The position numbers were made by a program, and so were the translations under genes. Below the pieces are notes generated by a model that was given only the letters and a program-made list of their open reading frames with translations, made no database searches and was not told the DNA's origin. A stretch of 64,000 bases of DNA. Source: Nitrosopumilus sp. (lineage in GTDB: Archaea; Thermoproteota; Nitrososphaeria; Nitrososphaerales; Nitrosopumilaceae). The first letter of the stretch is position 1; each line of letters starts with the position of its first letter. Positions 52,601-63,449 of this stretch are shown here, piece after piece. Location: assembly GCA_965203315.1 (NCBI GenBank), contig CBDBCE010000004.1:32001-96000 (forward strand), written 5' to 3'.

Positions 52601-55600
52601 GACAGCAAGATATTCTATGCCGGACCCTCTTCTAGATTCACCGATCATGGTACAAAACCAACTGGTGATATCTATCTCGTACAAGATACTACAACACTCG
52701 TACATCCACTGTTCAGCGGCGCCGGCGACTATAGATGTTTTGCAGGTTTAGCACATGTTGTAACTCTTAACACAACCATGGTACCAAGCTTTGCCCTACC
52801 AGATAATATAGTTCCTAAAACACCTCTGCGTAGTGTATATGCATACGGACTAGACTTTTTTAACGACAATACTAATACAACAACAAAATGTTCACCAGAT
52901 CCCGAAGCTGTACATAGCCAACCACTAGTAACCGACAAAGAGATGCGATATACGATATATGGCAAGGCAGAGAAAACACCCTACTACTTTTCTCCACGTG
53001 ACGGAATAACAGAGGCTCAACCAATTCCAATGTGTACCACCGACATGATCGACACAAGCAACAATGCTCTCAAGGGTAACAATACTGTGTGTTTTGGTAG
53101 AAACGGCACAGATATGGTCATTATAACAAAACGACTGACTGGGTTTTATGGCGTAGCAGACAGCGTTACAACACCTGCAGATCCAACAGATCTCAATGCC
53201 GCTATACCTGTTGCATCTCTTACCAATCCCATAACCGGTAAAATACAAACACACGAATACTATACTGAAAAGATAAACAGTACATCTCTGATAGAATATC
53301 CCAACCCTGTCTTTTTGTACAACACGTTACCTCTTTGCGAGGACTCTGTTCATGGCACACATCAGACAATACAAATGACAACAAAAGGAGATATTTTGTT
53401 CAAGTATGCTCTAAACGGAGTACAGTTTGATGGCAGGCTATTCCTGACTCTGACAGATCACACTCCCAAAAAGACCATATCGCTAGACTCTAACTTTGTC
53501 CAACAGCGTGGTAATTGGTACAACTATAACAGTACTCTTCCAAAGAGTATACTGGATCAGTTTGGCAACTTTACCAGCATAAACGCCAGACTGTTTGTGA
53601 CCAATGACACCATACCAGACCAGAATATTTTCAGCAACAGCTCTACAGGTTCGCCTCTATACTATAAAAGCCAGAAAAAGGCTATCATGGAGTTGCCAAA
53701 TGCTGCAGATACAGTGACCTTTGTACCTGGTAAAGTACCAGGTGTCCGTGGCAATGTACATGTTCCACAGGGTGATACCGTACCACTAACCGCAGAGATA
53801 CTGTGCCAGTTTGGTCATATACAACCATCTCCCTCAGCTCAGGTATTTGATCTAGATATATCTGCAGATAACGCAACAAACGGTCTCGAGATAAAGTATG
53901 AATTTACATCAAAGACGTTCTATCAAGGTGCAAAGGAACAGAAACCCACAAAGTTCTTTTGGATTGCAACCGACTCTGACGGCAACTCTGTCAACGGCGA
54001 TACAACTCGTACCATAACCAATTCATACAACTTTGTCATTCCTCTAAATTCATCTGGTACATATGATATAGTGATGTATGGCTCTGATGCTGAACGTACA
54101 CTCATAGGTACACATGCCGGTTCGTACACGTTTGCAGCTAGTACATCAACACCTAGCCAAACACTAACGATAACCATACCAAATACCACTCCGTCTACTG
54201 CAACTATTGGTCTCAATACTCAGACAGCAAACGAGATAAAGTTCATCACTAGAGAGACCTCTCAAGGCAGCGGTACTAGATATCATCACCATGATGATGA
54301 TTCTGATGATACTAGGGCCGACATTACCATCCATTATAACACAAAGATAACCAGCAAAACATTCAGTGTCACATCAAATTCATTCTGTTATAATGCTGAA
54401 GTAAAAGTTGGCGATGATATTACGATACCAAAGTTGAACAACTATACGGCATTGGCACTAGAGATCACCGACTTTACTCCCAAATGTACCAACTATCCCA
54501 ATATATCATTTGACGGTAAACTGGTATTAAACAAAGAGGTCTATATACGATTAAATGGCACAGACGGTCAAAACATCTTTTATCATGTGAACGGCACAAA
54601 CGACATTGTACAGATACCAAAGTGTACCAGTACCAACTTTAATTCCGCCGACAATACCCTAAAGGGCAGTACGGAAATATGTTACGGCAAAGACGGTACA
54701 GACACCGTCATCGTATCCAAGATACTTGCAATCTTTGGAGCGACAACAGAGTCTATTCCAAAGCCTGGTACTTCGACTGGTCCAGGTACAACAAAACCTA
54801 CGACTGGAGATGATCAAGACGACAAAGACTCTGATACATCAAGAGATCTAGCAAATGCGCCAACCTTTGGTGTCTCACAGCTTACCGGTGAACAGTTGGT
54901 AACATGTGGTTATAAAATGGACGACACATGTCGTGATATTACTGCATATCACGTCCAGTACGAACGAGACACAATCCAAACCAACACAACGCACACATTT
55001 GCAATAAAGACACTGGCACCAAACATGTTACACAATGTTATACTGGCATTTAGTGTACCTACAGTAGGCTCTCCGGTGAGTGCAGCAGAAGCATACATTT
55101 CTGTACATCTTGGAATAAACTATAGTGAACCATCGCACTATTACATCGAGAATGTACTAGTACACGATCCAAACAACATCATCGACTATGACACACAAAA
55201 CACAACAGTATCTAGGGTGTCATGTTCAGGTGACGATCTACAGTGTACACAAGTGACATTCCCAGATGTGCTGTTCCGTGATATGATGAACCATGAACCA
55301 TTTGCAATACAAGTAACTGATACTCTACGATTCACATCCATAAACTACATGAACGAAGGTGTCTTTGTTACTGGTACATCCCTAAACGCACCACCAACTG
55401 TACAACCAGGACTCACACTATCGGGTGACGATGGTAGACCAGTAAATCTCGTTCTAGTCCGTACAGACAAGGTCTCTGATCTGTGGGCAGATGCATTCGG
55501 CAACACTTGGAGTCGCAACTCGTTTGGCAACTTTGTCATTGTACAATATGCACCATACGCAGGTACTACTCCAGTATGTACAGACATCAACGACAGAATA

Positions 55601-55783
55601 TGTGCACCATTCAAAGCTAAACTCGACTGGCACAATCAAAAGATGATCGAACTACGTGACTCGCTATACGATGCATACAAGACAAAGGCATACGCCGAGA
55701 TCGACAACATATTCACATACGAGTTTGGTGATGTAGACTCTCGCACTAGAACACTGATCAACCTAGGCTGGCTGACCGAATAA
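49649..55783 (+). CDS. Giant secreted/surface protein (2044 aa) with ~6 Cys-containing repeats
   Basis: Signal peptide; repeated TDK.MR.TIYG...AQPIP.CT...LKG.T..CYG...IITK module; T/N-rich. Confidence 0.85.
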   Translation: MSKRRLMPILALITVVPFLVVDLDDAFGAVIPPLDYPAISSLGHPGGLRSDIHSSGIPLVKHSNNSATINLDTSYDHYRIDPVYQPEGDITIDKVTMILPNPKLTSIGCTVKFGVNNVGANPSNAIHEYAKLPTNVDGSIYTNLAESDVKVIGVDFKDYSSGCDVSTLTTANSTNEPLLTDKSMRVTIYGQAGKKAFFSSHFENITKAQLIPECTSANFDNSTKQLKGQTRMCSGTYNNDLVIITTQIGEYGATSTILPPDTLPIIPPSSFPTTVTTSRIPLSSAASSDNATIGSTNNTRYQIDGTLTQAQVKAGDIYMQGTTTILSNPFFTGKSYSCNFEALSIHAQGAWRGGNFDYPANIQPKGNANNPASLSFNGLGNCAFWSPTHSMITDKEMRITIYDKSGSKAWYLSPSQNITQAQPIPACTTETLDTSDNTLKGNTKMCYGVYSDHLIIVTKRFIGAYGSATTITPPQNPVDLDLVYPIPPGTLSIPPPSGFPTSLTSSDAPYMSAQLASDNGTIGATSPKRYQIDGNQNVPVRAGDIYIQGTTTILSNPFFVGKGYTCPFNIFSLHTERTFHGGGFAYPTNVQPTGNATNPASLTFHGDSTCANWSPTHPMITDKEMRITLDNKTGSKAWYASPRQNITEAQPIPACTTDTINVSTGKLKGNTKMCYGVYEGELIIITKRFLGYYGSADTITTPQNPVDLDSDRPTLAPTTPDPGSSGTLTIPPLTNSSSSSAMNFDSDTEHDGSIYYDGDSKRYTDESGNDATADLYVARGTETLPRALFEGTGDYQCTGNFERVEFLGKKRVPGFAIPDNVTPDKKKQLAAYGLDFYNNTVSSTTSCRPNPEAVSDQTLITDTALRITIYGKADKKPIYFSPRDGILKAQPIPACTTDMIDTSNNNALKGGNTVCYGVHGNDMVIITKRLTGFYGAADSVTTPANPIDLNPATVINIDPKILSIPSVTETKRYSQATFQSNSANDSKIFYAGPSSRFTDHGTKPTGDIYLVQDTTTLVHPLFSGAGDYRCFAGLAHVVTLNTTMVPSFALPDNIVPKTPLRSVYAYGLDFFNDNTNTTTKCSPDPEAVHSQPLVTDKEMRYTIYGKAEKTPYYFSPRDGITEAQPIPMCTTDMIDTSNNALKGNNTVCFGRNGTDMVIITKRLTGFYGVADSVTTPADPTDLNAAIPVASLTNPITGKIQTHEYYTEKINSTSLIEYPNPVFLYNTLPLCEDSVHGTHQTIQMTTKGDILFKYALNGVQFDGRLFLTLTDHTPKKTISLDSNFVQQRGNWYNYNSTLPKSILDQFGNFTSINARLFVTNDTIPDQNIFSNSSTGSPLYYKSQKKAIMELPNAADTVTFVPGKVPGVRGNVHVPQGDTVPLTAEILCQFGHIQPSPSAQVFDLDISADNATNGLEIKYEFTSKTFYQGAKEQKPTKFFWIATDSDGNSVNGDTTRTITNSYNFVIPLNSSGTYDIVMYGSDAERTLIGTHAGSYTFAASTSTPSQTLTITIPNTTPSTATIGLNTQTANEIKFITRETSQGSGTRYHHHDDDSDDTRADITIHYNTKITSKTFSVTSNSFCYNAEVKVGDDITIPKLNNYTALALEITDFTPKCTNYPNISFDGKLVLNKEVYIRLNGTDGQNIFYHVNGTNDIVQIPKCTSTNFNSADNTLKGSTEICYGKDGTDTVIVSKILAIFGATTESIPKPGTSTGPGTTKPTTGDDQDDKDSDTSRDLANAPTFGVSQLTGEQLVTCGYKMDDTCRDITAYHVQYERDTIQTNTTHTFAIKTLAPNMLHNVILAFSVPTVGSPVSAAEAYISVHLGINYSEPSHYYIENVLVHDPNNIIDYDTQNTTVSRVSCSGDDLQCTQVTFPDVLFRDMMNHEPFAIQVTDTLRFTSINYMNEGVFVTGTSLNAPPTVQPGLTLSGDDGRPVNLVLVRTDKVSDLWADAFGNTWSRNSFGNFVIVQYAPYAGTTPVCTDINDRICAPFKAKLDWHNQKMIELRDSLYDAYKTKAYAEIDNIFTYEFGDVDSRTRTLINLGWLTE

Positions 55784-55798
55784 ATGCAGTAACCAGAC

Positions 55799-55814
55799 CT
55801 AGTCTTACGACTAG
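55799..55814 (+). terminator. Short hairpin downstream of the giant gene
   Basis: CTAGTC-TTAC-GACTAG inverted repeat; its role is not established. Confidence 0.3.
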
Positions 55815-55827
55815 CATAAATGTCATT

Positions 55828-57073
55828 CAGACATCGCAAATGTACGTGTAAATTTTGGCATCTAGGGTGCAATCGGCTCAGGCGGAGGCTCAGGTGGGAT
55901 CTCGATCAATGTTTGCACTGTTTTAAGAAACAAGCTTTGGTACATCTTGTGAGATGTGATACCTTCAACCAACAATACAAGATTGAATATAGTCCACAAG
56001 TTTAGCAACATTTGTGCAGACATGAACATGTATGTTCTACACGGTGTTGATCTACTGTGAGTTCTAACACGCATATTTCGAGTAAATTTGAATCCATTCT
56101 CAATCTCCCAACGATCGCGATATTTCTCTAGATCAATATTTGGATCATTTGTTGCAAATGCTCTATACTCTTCTGGGTCATCTCTGTCACGAGTTATTAT
56201 GATGTAACATCCTGCTTGATCCTTGTTGTTCTTTATTACATATTTTGACACTCTAACTCGTTCTCCTCGTTTGTATTCCTCTATTGCTTTTTTTATGCCA
56301 GAAGTGTTTACGCATGGCATCAGATATTTGTGTCTAGTTCCATTCAAGAATTTGATCATAGCAACTGAATAAAACCCACGATCGGCAACAAACAGCGCTG
56401 GTCTTGTAGAGTTTATTTCGTAAAAATCTACAATTTTAGGCATAAAATCAGCATTTTTTTCCCCTTTTTTGACTGAAAATGTAGATAAAACAAGTCTTGT
56501 GCCGGGGTTGACCAGCTGTGCAGAGATGTGTGTCTCAAATACAGTCGTACCATCTTTCGCTCTACCCTTAATCAGATCTGGATTATCTTTATCATATCTT
56601 GAAAAACTCGTTCTGTCTACTCCAATGATAGGATGTCGAGGAAAGCGACCAAGCCGTTTTAGCTCTGACAGGTGTTGCGTCACGGCATACTTGAATATCT
56701 CATCTATCGGTTTCTCACACGTCTCTTCGATCCTCTTCCTAATCCATTCGCCTGTAGGTGCATAACCATCACTATCTCTGATCAATCTGGAACGATCAGC
56801 AGGAGATTTGTTTGCTACTGCCGCATCTATGATGATCTTGAGTCCGTCCCATTTTGTGTATTTGGCATTGTGATAATTAGATACTTTGAATGGTATCTGA
56901 TCCATAGCGTTTATGAAAATATATCTATAAGTAGAACGGTTTCTAGATACTGCTTGTCTCAGCGAGTCTGATTGTTTGCGCATTAGATTCCTGAGACATG
57001 CAATCCTTATTGACTTTGTTTGATCGATATTTTTGATCTTTTGGTTAAATTATAGTTACTTTTGCGATGTCTG
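55828..57073 (-). mobile_element. ISH3-type (IS4 superfamily) insertion sequence, 1246 bp
   Basis: 13-bp perfect TIRs CAGACATCGCAAA; 6-bp duplication GTCATT (55822-55827, 57074-57079). Confidence 0.9.
55862..56983 (-). CDS. ISH3/IS4-type DDE transposase
   Basis: IGVDRT, VADRGFYS, FATN and YRDRWEIENGFK (Y..RW.IE..F) motifs. Confidence 0.9.
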   Translation of the reverse strand: MRKQSDSLRQAVSRNRSTYRYIFINAMDQIPFKVSNYHNAKYTKWDGLKIIIDAAVANKSPADRSRLIRDSDGYAPTGEWIRKRIEETCEKPIDEIFKYAVTQHLSELKRLGRFPRHPIIGVDRTSFSRYDKDNPDLIKGRAKDGTTVFETHISAQLVNPGTRLVLSTFSVKKGEKNADFMPKIVDFYEINSTRPALFVADRGFYSVAMIKFLNGTRHKYLMPCVNTSGIKKAIEEYKRGERVRVSKYVIKNNKDQAGCYIIITRDRDDPEEYRAFATNDPNIDLEKYRDRWEIENGFKFTRNMRVRTHSRSTPCRTYMFMSAQMLLNLWTIFNLVLLVEGITSHKMYQSLFLKTVQTLIEIPPEPPPEPIAP

Positions 57074-57598
57074 GTCATTATGTCGACTTTAAATTCTATT
57101 AACCGAGATCGACAGTTTTGTACAATCTCAAATCCAAAAGATGAAAATTGTCATGTATTGGCCATTGTAGACTGTCGTTTACTATAATTGTGCCAAGTCA
57201 CATAATATGCATTAACTGTGATGGCGCCGTCTAGATCTCAACCTGTGTCTAGCAGAGCCGACATAGTTCCATGAATGTGGTCTGGTAGTTTTATCATGAT
57301 ATAAGAAAAACAAATAGTGATCTTTGTTATCTGTGGATTATGCCGAGCATTGTGTCGTGATATTGTACATCTATTATCAAAATCTTCAGGCCTTAGACGA
57401 GTCATTGAATATATGTACAATTTTGATAGACCTGATACATGAATATCTGGGGTCTCTACATTTTAAATTGTCATTACATTCGAGTATGATTTTTGATATG
57501 TTTGGTTTTTGTCTAATGTTATATCATATCACACAAACAACTTTACAGATTGAAGAATCTTTTTGTATAGTGTATCTGTTATCTGGTGTGTATATTAG

Positions 57599-58465
57599 AT
57601 GACAAGGCACAAGGTCGTAGTTACTGGAGCTAGTGGATTTGTAGCAAAAAACCTCCGAAGATATCTGGTAAAGAACAACGTCGATGTAGTCTCTATATCT
57701 CGTCACAAGTTTAGATCACTACATAATGAGACAGCAATAGTAACTGATACATACGAATCAAGATTAATTCTACCAAAGATTCACAATGCTGATGCACTGT
57801 ATCATCTTGCCGGTATAGGACGCCAGTCTGTTACACATGACTATAATGCAGTAAACTTTGAGCTTACCAACCATCTAGTCAATATTGCCAAAACAGCTAA
57901 CGTCAAGAGGTTTGTCTATACTAGTGGACTTGGCGTATCTTCGTCTTCCACGGTTGGCTATTTTATATCAAAGTACAAAGCAGAACGATGTATAGCAAGA
58001 TCAAAGATTCCTTATACAATACTCCGACCATCATATATTATAGGTAGAGATGACTCGTTTACAAAATATCTCAAACAGTCCATCAAACGTAAAGTTGTCC
58101 AGATTCCGGGTTCGGGTAGATACATGATACAACCTGTATACATCAACGATGTGACCAAGCTCTTCTACTCTTGTATTAAATACAATACTCTCAAAGATAG
58201 TATAATTGATCTAGTCGGACCTGAGACTCTCGAGTTTATAGAGTATGTAAAACTATTCATAAATAATACTAAAACTCGAGTATCTCATATTGATCTAGAT
58301 CGTGTATACAGTACATCGATAAATGATATTGACTCTGACTTTGGGGTAGATGATCTAACTATTCTTGTTGGCAACTTTGTTGGTGATCACAATAGACTAA
58401 CTAAACTTACTGGTATGCAATTTCATAAAGTTACTCATCTCTTAGAGTCCGGCACTCTGTTTTAG
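57599..58465 (+). CDS. NAD-dependent epimerase/dehydratase (atypical SDR)
   Basis: [19 protein letters not shown] and ILRPS motifs. Confidence 0.9.
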   Translation: MTRHKVVVTGASGFVAKNLRRYLVKNNVDVVSISRHKFRSLHNETAIVTDTYESRLILPKIHNADALYHLAGIGRQSVTHDYNAVNFELTNHLVNIAKTANVKRFVYTSGLGVSSSSTVGYFISKYKAERCIARSKIPYTILRPSYIIGRDDSFTKYLKQSIKRKVVQIPGSGRYMIQPVYINDVTKLFYSCIKYNTLKDSIIDLVGPETLEFIEYVKLFINNTKTRVSHIDLDRVYSTSINDIDSDFGVDDLTILVGNFVGDHNRLTKLTGMQFHKVTHLLESGTLF

Positions 58466-59608
58466 GACTGATACCTTGTCCAACTTTTCCCATGTAAACT
58501 CTGGTTCGTCTCTTCCAAAATGACCATACGCTGTCGTCTTTTTGTAGATCGGCCTCTTTAGATCCAACTCTTTGATAATTCCAGTTGGTCTAGTATCAAA
58601 GTTTATTCGAACCAACTCTTCAATTTTATCTTCTGGAATCTTGTTTGTTCCAAATGTGTTTACATGTAGAGAAACTGGTTCTGCAACACCTATGGCATAT
58701 GCAAGCTGTACCTCACATCGATCTGCCAGTCCTGCTGCGACTAGATTCTTTGCGATATATCTACACATGTAGCATGCTGATCTATCTACCTTTGATGGGT
58801 CTTTGCCTGAAAATGCACCTCCTCCGTGCCTTCCAAATCCTCCGTAGGTATCTACGATAATCTTTCGTCCTGTGAGTCCAGCATCTCCATGTGGTCCGCC
58901 AATCACAAACTTGCCGGTTGGGTTGATGTGAACCTTGATATCGTCGTGCCATAGATCACTCAAGACCGGCATGATGATCTCTGACATTACATCTTTGGTA
59001 ATCTCTTCTTGTGATATGTCTGGTATATGTTGAGTCGATACAACTATGGTCTCGACTTTTACGGGCTTGTCATTCTCGTATCGTATAGATACTTGCGACT
59101 TGCCGTCTGGTCTTGCCCATTTTATCAATCCATCCCGTCTAGCTCTCGATAATCTTTGGGTAATCTTGTGTGCAATCAAGATCGGCATAGGCATCAGTTC
59201 AACAGTCTCATTTGTTGCATATCCGAACATCAGTCCTTGATCTCCTGCACCTTGTTCCTTTGCTTGAGTTGCTGTAACACCTTGACTAATATCCGGACTC
59301 TGTGAATGAAGTCTCATCTCTACTTTGCACGTATCTGCATCGAACATCAGTGCCTTGTCATTATATCCTATATCTCGTATAGTATCTCGGACTAGCTGTT
59401 CTTGTGACTGTTTATCCAGTATTGCATTTGATGTCACCTCTCCGGACACTGCAACAAAGTCTGTAGTTACCATCGTCTCGACTGCAACTCTCGAGTCTGG
59501 ATCTTGAGTCAAGAACGCATCCAAGAACGCATCCGATATGGCATCACAAATCTTATCGGGATGACCTTCAGTAACAGACTCTGATGTAAAGAGAAAATTA
59601 CCTGCCAA
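58442..59608 (-). CDS. metK: S-adenosylmethionine synthetase, bacterial/eukaryotic type
   Basis: [19 protein letters not shown] and GGGAFSGKD motifs; start uncertain (ORF extends to 59653). Confidence 0.96.
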   Translation of the reverse strand: MAGNFLFTSESVTEGHPDKICDAISDAFLDAFLTQDPDSRVAVETMVTTDFVAVSGEVTSNAILDKQSQEQLVRDTIRDIGYNDKALMFDADTCKVEMRLHSQSPDISQGVTATQAKEQGAGDQGLMFGYATNETVELMPMPILIAHKITQRLSRARRDGLIKWARPDGKSQVSIRYENDKPVKVETIVVSTQHIPDISQEEITKDVMSEIIMPVLSDLWHDDIKVHINPTGKFVIGGPHGDAGLTGRKIIVDTYGGFGRHGGGAFSGKDPSKVDRSACYMCRYIAKNLVAAGLADRCEVQLAYAIGVAEPVSLHVNTFGTNKIPEDKIEELVRINFDTRPTGIIKELDLKRPIYKKTTAYGHFGRDEPEFTWEKLDKVSVLKQSAGL

Positions 59609-59618
59609 GCTAACATCA

Positions 59619-59864
59619 CTAGAGTTCATTTTCGAGTTTGATAAACAAGACATTATTTCCTCGAACTATAACTCGTCCATAATTTGCAACTACCTTGCCA
59701 TCATGAATCTCTTCTGCATCGGTCATTATTAGATTCATATAAGAGTCAACATTATCCATCTTTCCCTTGTATTCTACCTCATTCTTTAGTCTGACCGTGA
59801 CTCCCTTTTTGGTACTCTTTTGAAGCATAGTTAGAGGTCTTTTTGCGCTGTTCGTTTGAGACAC
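59619..59864 (-). CDS. Sm-like (Lsm) RNA-binding protein
   Basis: [17 protein letters not shown] and VIVRGNNV Sm1/Sm2 motifs. Confidence 0.93.
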   Translation of the reverse strand: MSQTNSAKRPLTMLQKSTKKGVTVRLKNEVEYKGKMDNVDSYMNLIMTDAEEIHDGKVVANYGRVIVRGNNVLFIKLENEL

Positions 59865-59970
59865 TAATTATTCACTTATCTTGGTTTGGCTGTTCCCTTG
59901 AATAAAAGCCTTACCTATTAACCCCTTATTCAAAACTCTTTAAATTTTTCACTCTTGGTATACAACACAA

Positions 59971-60618
59971 ATGATCCCAACTGGCATAAGAGATCTAGAC
60001 GACTTTTTAGGTGGTGGCATATCTGTTGGCATAATTTTAGATGTGTTTGGAGCTAGTGGTACAGGTAAGACTCAGTTGTTACTCCAACTCTTGGCAAAGA
60101 CTATCCAAGATGACAAGACTGCATTATACATAGATACAACAGGCAACTTTCGACCTGAACGTGTCCTAGAGATGTGCGATAGTAATGATCCAACCATTCT
60201 TCAGAGAATAACCGTCTCTAGAGTAAGAAACACGTTTGAGCAGATCCAGAGTATATCTAGTATAGATGATCGATATGCATTGATCGCAGTGGACAACATT
60301 ACCGATCTCTTTTCATACGAGTATCCTGGAGATACTCATCTGTTAGAACGCAACTCACTGTTCATGAGATACATGTATGATCTATCACATGCTATTCTTG
60401 ATACAAACAGTACAGTTGTTATATCCAATATGATACGAACCATAAATGTAAATGACATTGAAAATATGCGTAATGCAATAAGCCCATTCACACACATAAA
60501 GATTCATCTCTCAAAATTACATAAACGCTATCAATGTCATGTATATTGGGCATTGGGCAGTCACACATTTGATTATCACATTAAAGAGTGTGGACTAGTT
60601 GATGCTCAAGATATTTAA
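59971..60618 (+). CDS. RadA paralogue (RadB-like RecA-family ATPase)
   Basis: PTGIRDLDDFLGGGI, Walker A GASGTGKT, YIDTTGNFRPER; no N-terminal domain. Confidence 0.85.
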   Translation: MIPTGIRDLDDFLGGGISVGIILDVFGASGTGKTQLLLQLLAKTIQDDKTALYIDTTGNFRPERVLEMCDSNDPTILQRITVSRVRNTFEQIQSISSIDDRYALIAVDNITDLFSYEYPGDTHLLERNSLFMRYMYDLSHAILDTNSTVVISNMIRTINVNDIENMRNAISPFTHIKIHLSKLHKRYQCHVYWALGSHTFDYHIKECGLVDAQDI

Positions 60619-60640
60619 CTATCTGAACCAAAGTTGAACA

Positions 60641-60760
60641 ATGGCAGGAATTTTTGACTCGATTCCAGTAATCACTGTTGCTATGTTTGTAATTGGTATG
60701 GTTGGTGTAATTGTTTATGAACGAACACGATCAAACGAGCCAGACAAATCCAACTCTTGA
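60641..60760 (+). CDS. Putative 39-aa single-TM protein
   Basis: MAGIFDSIPVITVAMFVIGMVGVIVYERTRSNEPDKSNS; TATA-like ATTTAA about 25 bp upstream. Confidence 0.55.
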   Translation: MAGIFDSIPVITVAMFVIGMVGVIVYERTRSNEPDKSNS

Positions 60761-63449
60761 ATTGTTTACGCGCTTTGGTTTTTCACAACTCACCGAGATT
60801 CAAAAGAGAGCAGTACCAAAGATTCTCCAGAAACGAGACTCGTTAATTGTTGCACCCACTGGTTCAGGCAAAACCGAATGCTCTGTGATACCGATCTTTG
60901 AAATGCTGTCACGCGTCTCGGAGCTAGGAAAGATAAAGGCACTTTACATTACTCCGCTCCGTGCTCTTAACCGAGACGTCTTTCGCCGTATAACAAAGTA
61001 TGCACAAGGAAACAGTCTTGCAATTGATATTCGACATGGAGATACATCACAACGAGATCGCAAACGAATAAGTGACAACCCTCCAGATGTCTTGATAACC
61101 ACTCCTGAGACTTTGGTTATACTACTCACTCAACCAAAGATGCTTGCTGCTCTTGCTGCCCTTGAATGGGTTATAATAGATGAAGTGCACGAGTTACTGT
61201 CTAGCGAGCGAGGTTCTCAGTTGTCGTTGACCATTGAACGACTCGAGATAAATTCCAAGTATCCATTGACCAGAGTCGGACTCTCTGCAACCGTTGGCAA
61301 CTTTGAAGAAGCGGCCAAGTTTGTAGTGGGCACTAAAAGACGTTGCGAGATCATTCGTGATACCTCTGTTCGTAAATATGATGTCGATATTAGATATGTT
61401 GACGGTACAATATCTGATGTTGCTCAAAAGATCCTTGACTATGTATCTGAGATGAATTTAGACTCACCTGTTTTACTCTTTACGAATACACGAGGTGAGG
61501 CAGAGTTTTTGGCATCTGTGTTACGCGAACGTGCAGAGATTCCGATCGAGATGCATCATGGATCACTATCCAAAGAGGTACGAGAAGAGACCGAGTCATC
61601 GCTTCGACTTGGCAACAAAGGTATTGTTGTATGTACCTCGTCTCTAGAGTTGGGACTGGATCTTGGTTCAATCGAACTTGTTATTCATTATGGTTCACCC
61701 AGACAAGTATCAAAGTTTGTACAACGCATAGGTCGCAGCAGACATAATCGTCACTCGTCAGCACGTGGATTGATCGTAACAAATAGCGCCGATGATGAGT
61801 TTGAAGCAAATGCGATTCTAGCAAGAATTCGACTGGGATCGATAGAAGATCAAAAGATACACCACAAATCACTCGACGTGCTTGCTCACCATCTAGTTGG
61901 GTTGGTAATGCAGATGGGAGAGATGACCGTCGGTACCACCCTCGATATACTGACTCGAGCTTACCCATTTCGTGATCTGACGTATAAAGAACTAGTCGAT
62001 GTTTTGAGTCTACTTGATTCTAACAACTTGATATACTTTGATCAAGGTACGATGACCTTCAAGAAGAGAGGCTACTCTTTCAAGTATCACTTTGAGAACC
62101 TATCTACGATTCCTGACATACTGCGATTCAAGGTCTTTGATAGTGTAGGTAAGAAGATCATCGGCTCGCTAGATCAACGATTTGTAGGCGATTATGGTGA
62201 CTCTGGCAATATCTTTGTACTGCGTGGAATGAAATGGAGGATTCTGAGTGTAGATGAAAAGTCATTTACGGTCAACGTTGAACCATTTCGAGGTGGTGGA
62301 ATTACCGTCCCTTACTGGGAAGGAGAGAGTATTCCAATAGATTACAATACTGCAAGAAAGGTTGGACAGTTTCGAACTGGACACGATCCTAAATTCAAGA
62401 TACATAACGATATCATCTCAAATCTCGACATCACGGTTCCAGACCAAACTTGCATGGTTGTAGAGTCAAATCGTTCTGAAGGTTCGATTGTAATACACGC
62501 TTGCTTTGGTACCAAGATCAATACAACACTGGCAGCACTCTTGTCATCGATGTTGTCATCCATATTGGGCTCGACTGTGGTCTCTCGCTCTGATGCGTAT
62601 AGGATCGTACTTTCATCTAACTCTCGTATATCTAGACAGTTATTTCTAAACGTAATTGTAGATGAGTATGATCTCTATGCAATAATTCAAGCATCTCTTG
62701 TAGGAACACATAACGTCAATTGGCGTACATGGTGTGTAGCAAAAAAGTTTGGTATAGTGGGACGTGGTGCCATATATGACAAGAGATCGGCTCGATTCTT
62801 GTATGAGCGATATGTAAAGACTCCTCTAGTTGACGAAGCCCTTCGTGAACTCTTTCATGATAAATATGATGTGCCAAGTTGTACCAAGATACTAGATGAC
62901 ATACGTCACAGTCTGATCAAGATAGAGTGGATCGAGGTTGACAAATTTACTAGACTTGCTGAACCGATACTAGATCACACAGCTAAATACTACTCTTCAC
63001 CTACAAACCTAGATCAAGGAATCTTGAATCTAGTCAAAGAACGACTATACTCCACCAAACATCGTCTGATATGTGCAAGGTGTGGTAGATGGGAGTCTAT
63101 TCTAGAGACGCGTCAAGTTGTTGGCACACTTGCATGTCCGTACTGTAAAGGTAGACAGATCACTGCCACATTCTACTCTGATCATGATCTATCAAAGATA
63201 ATCAGAAAGAGATATGATGGTTCTAAAGTATCTGCAGATGAATCACACCGACTTGCTCGTGCATGGAAGGTTGCATCACTTGTAGAGAGTTTTGGCAAAA
63301 CTGCAATAATCGTCATGTCAGGATATGGTATAGGTGCTGACACTGCAGCTCGAATTCTTCGGAATATGGTAGATGAAGAGTATCTCTTTCGACAGATATA
63401 CGAAGCAGAGCGCAAGTATGTCATGAATCGAGGCTTTTGGGACTCGTAG
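60717..63449 (+). CDS. lhr: Lhr-family DEAD/DEAH helicase
   Basis: APTGSGKT, DEVH, GLSAT, HHGSL, SSLELGLD, QRIGRS and C-terminal CxxC..CxxC. Confidence 0.92.
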   Translation: MNEHDQTSQTNPTLELFTRFGFSQLTEIQKRAVPKILQKRDSLIVAPTGSGKTECSVIPIFEMLSRVSELGKIKALYITPLRALNRDVFRRITKYAQGNSLAIDIRHGDTSQRDRKRISDNPPDVLITTPETLVILLTQPKMLAALAALEWVIIDEVHELLSSERGSQLSLTIERLEINSKYPLTRVGLSATVGNFEEAAKFVVGTKRRCEIIRDTSVRKYDVDIRYVDGTISDVAQKILDYVSEMNLDSPVLLFTNTRGEAEFLASVLRERAEIPIEMHHGSLSKEVREETESSLRLGNKGIVVCTSSLELGLDLGSIELVIHYGSPRQVSKFVQRIGRSRHNRHSSARGLIVTNSADDEFEANAILARIRLGSIEDQKIHHKSLDVLAHHLVGLVMQMGEMTVGTTLDILTRAYPFRDLTYKELVDVLSLLDSNNLIYFDQGTMTFKKRGYSFKYHFENLSTIPDILRFKVFDSVGKKIIGSLDQRFVGDYGDSGNIFVLRGMKWRILSVDEKSFTVNVEPFRGGGITVPYWEGESIPIDYNTARKVGQFRTGHDPKFKIHNDIISNLDITVPDQTCMVVESNRSEGSIVIHACFGTKINTTLAALLSSMLSSILGSTVVSRSDAYRIVLSSNSRISRQLFLNVIVDEYDLYAIIQASLVGTHNVNWRTWCVAKKFGIVGRGAIYDKRSARFLYERYVKTPLVDEALRELFHDKYDVPSCTKILDDIRHSLIKIEWIEVDKFTRLAEPILDHTAKYYSSPTNLDQGILNLVKERLYSTKHRLICARCGRWESILETRQVVGTLACPYCKGRQITATFYSDHDLSKIIRKRYDGSKVSADESHRLARAWKVASLVESFGKTAIIVMSGYGIGADTAARILRNMVDEEYLFRQIYEAERKYVMNRGFWDS

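Noticed and set aside
57238-57706. Short ORFs upstream of the SDR gene
   Set aside because: Low-complexity, overlapping and without motifs.
58442-59653. Bacterial-type MetK as recent horizontal transfer
   Set aside because: Embedded among core genes and expected for this lineage.
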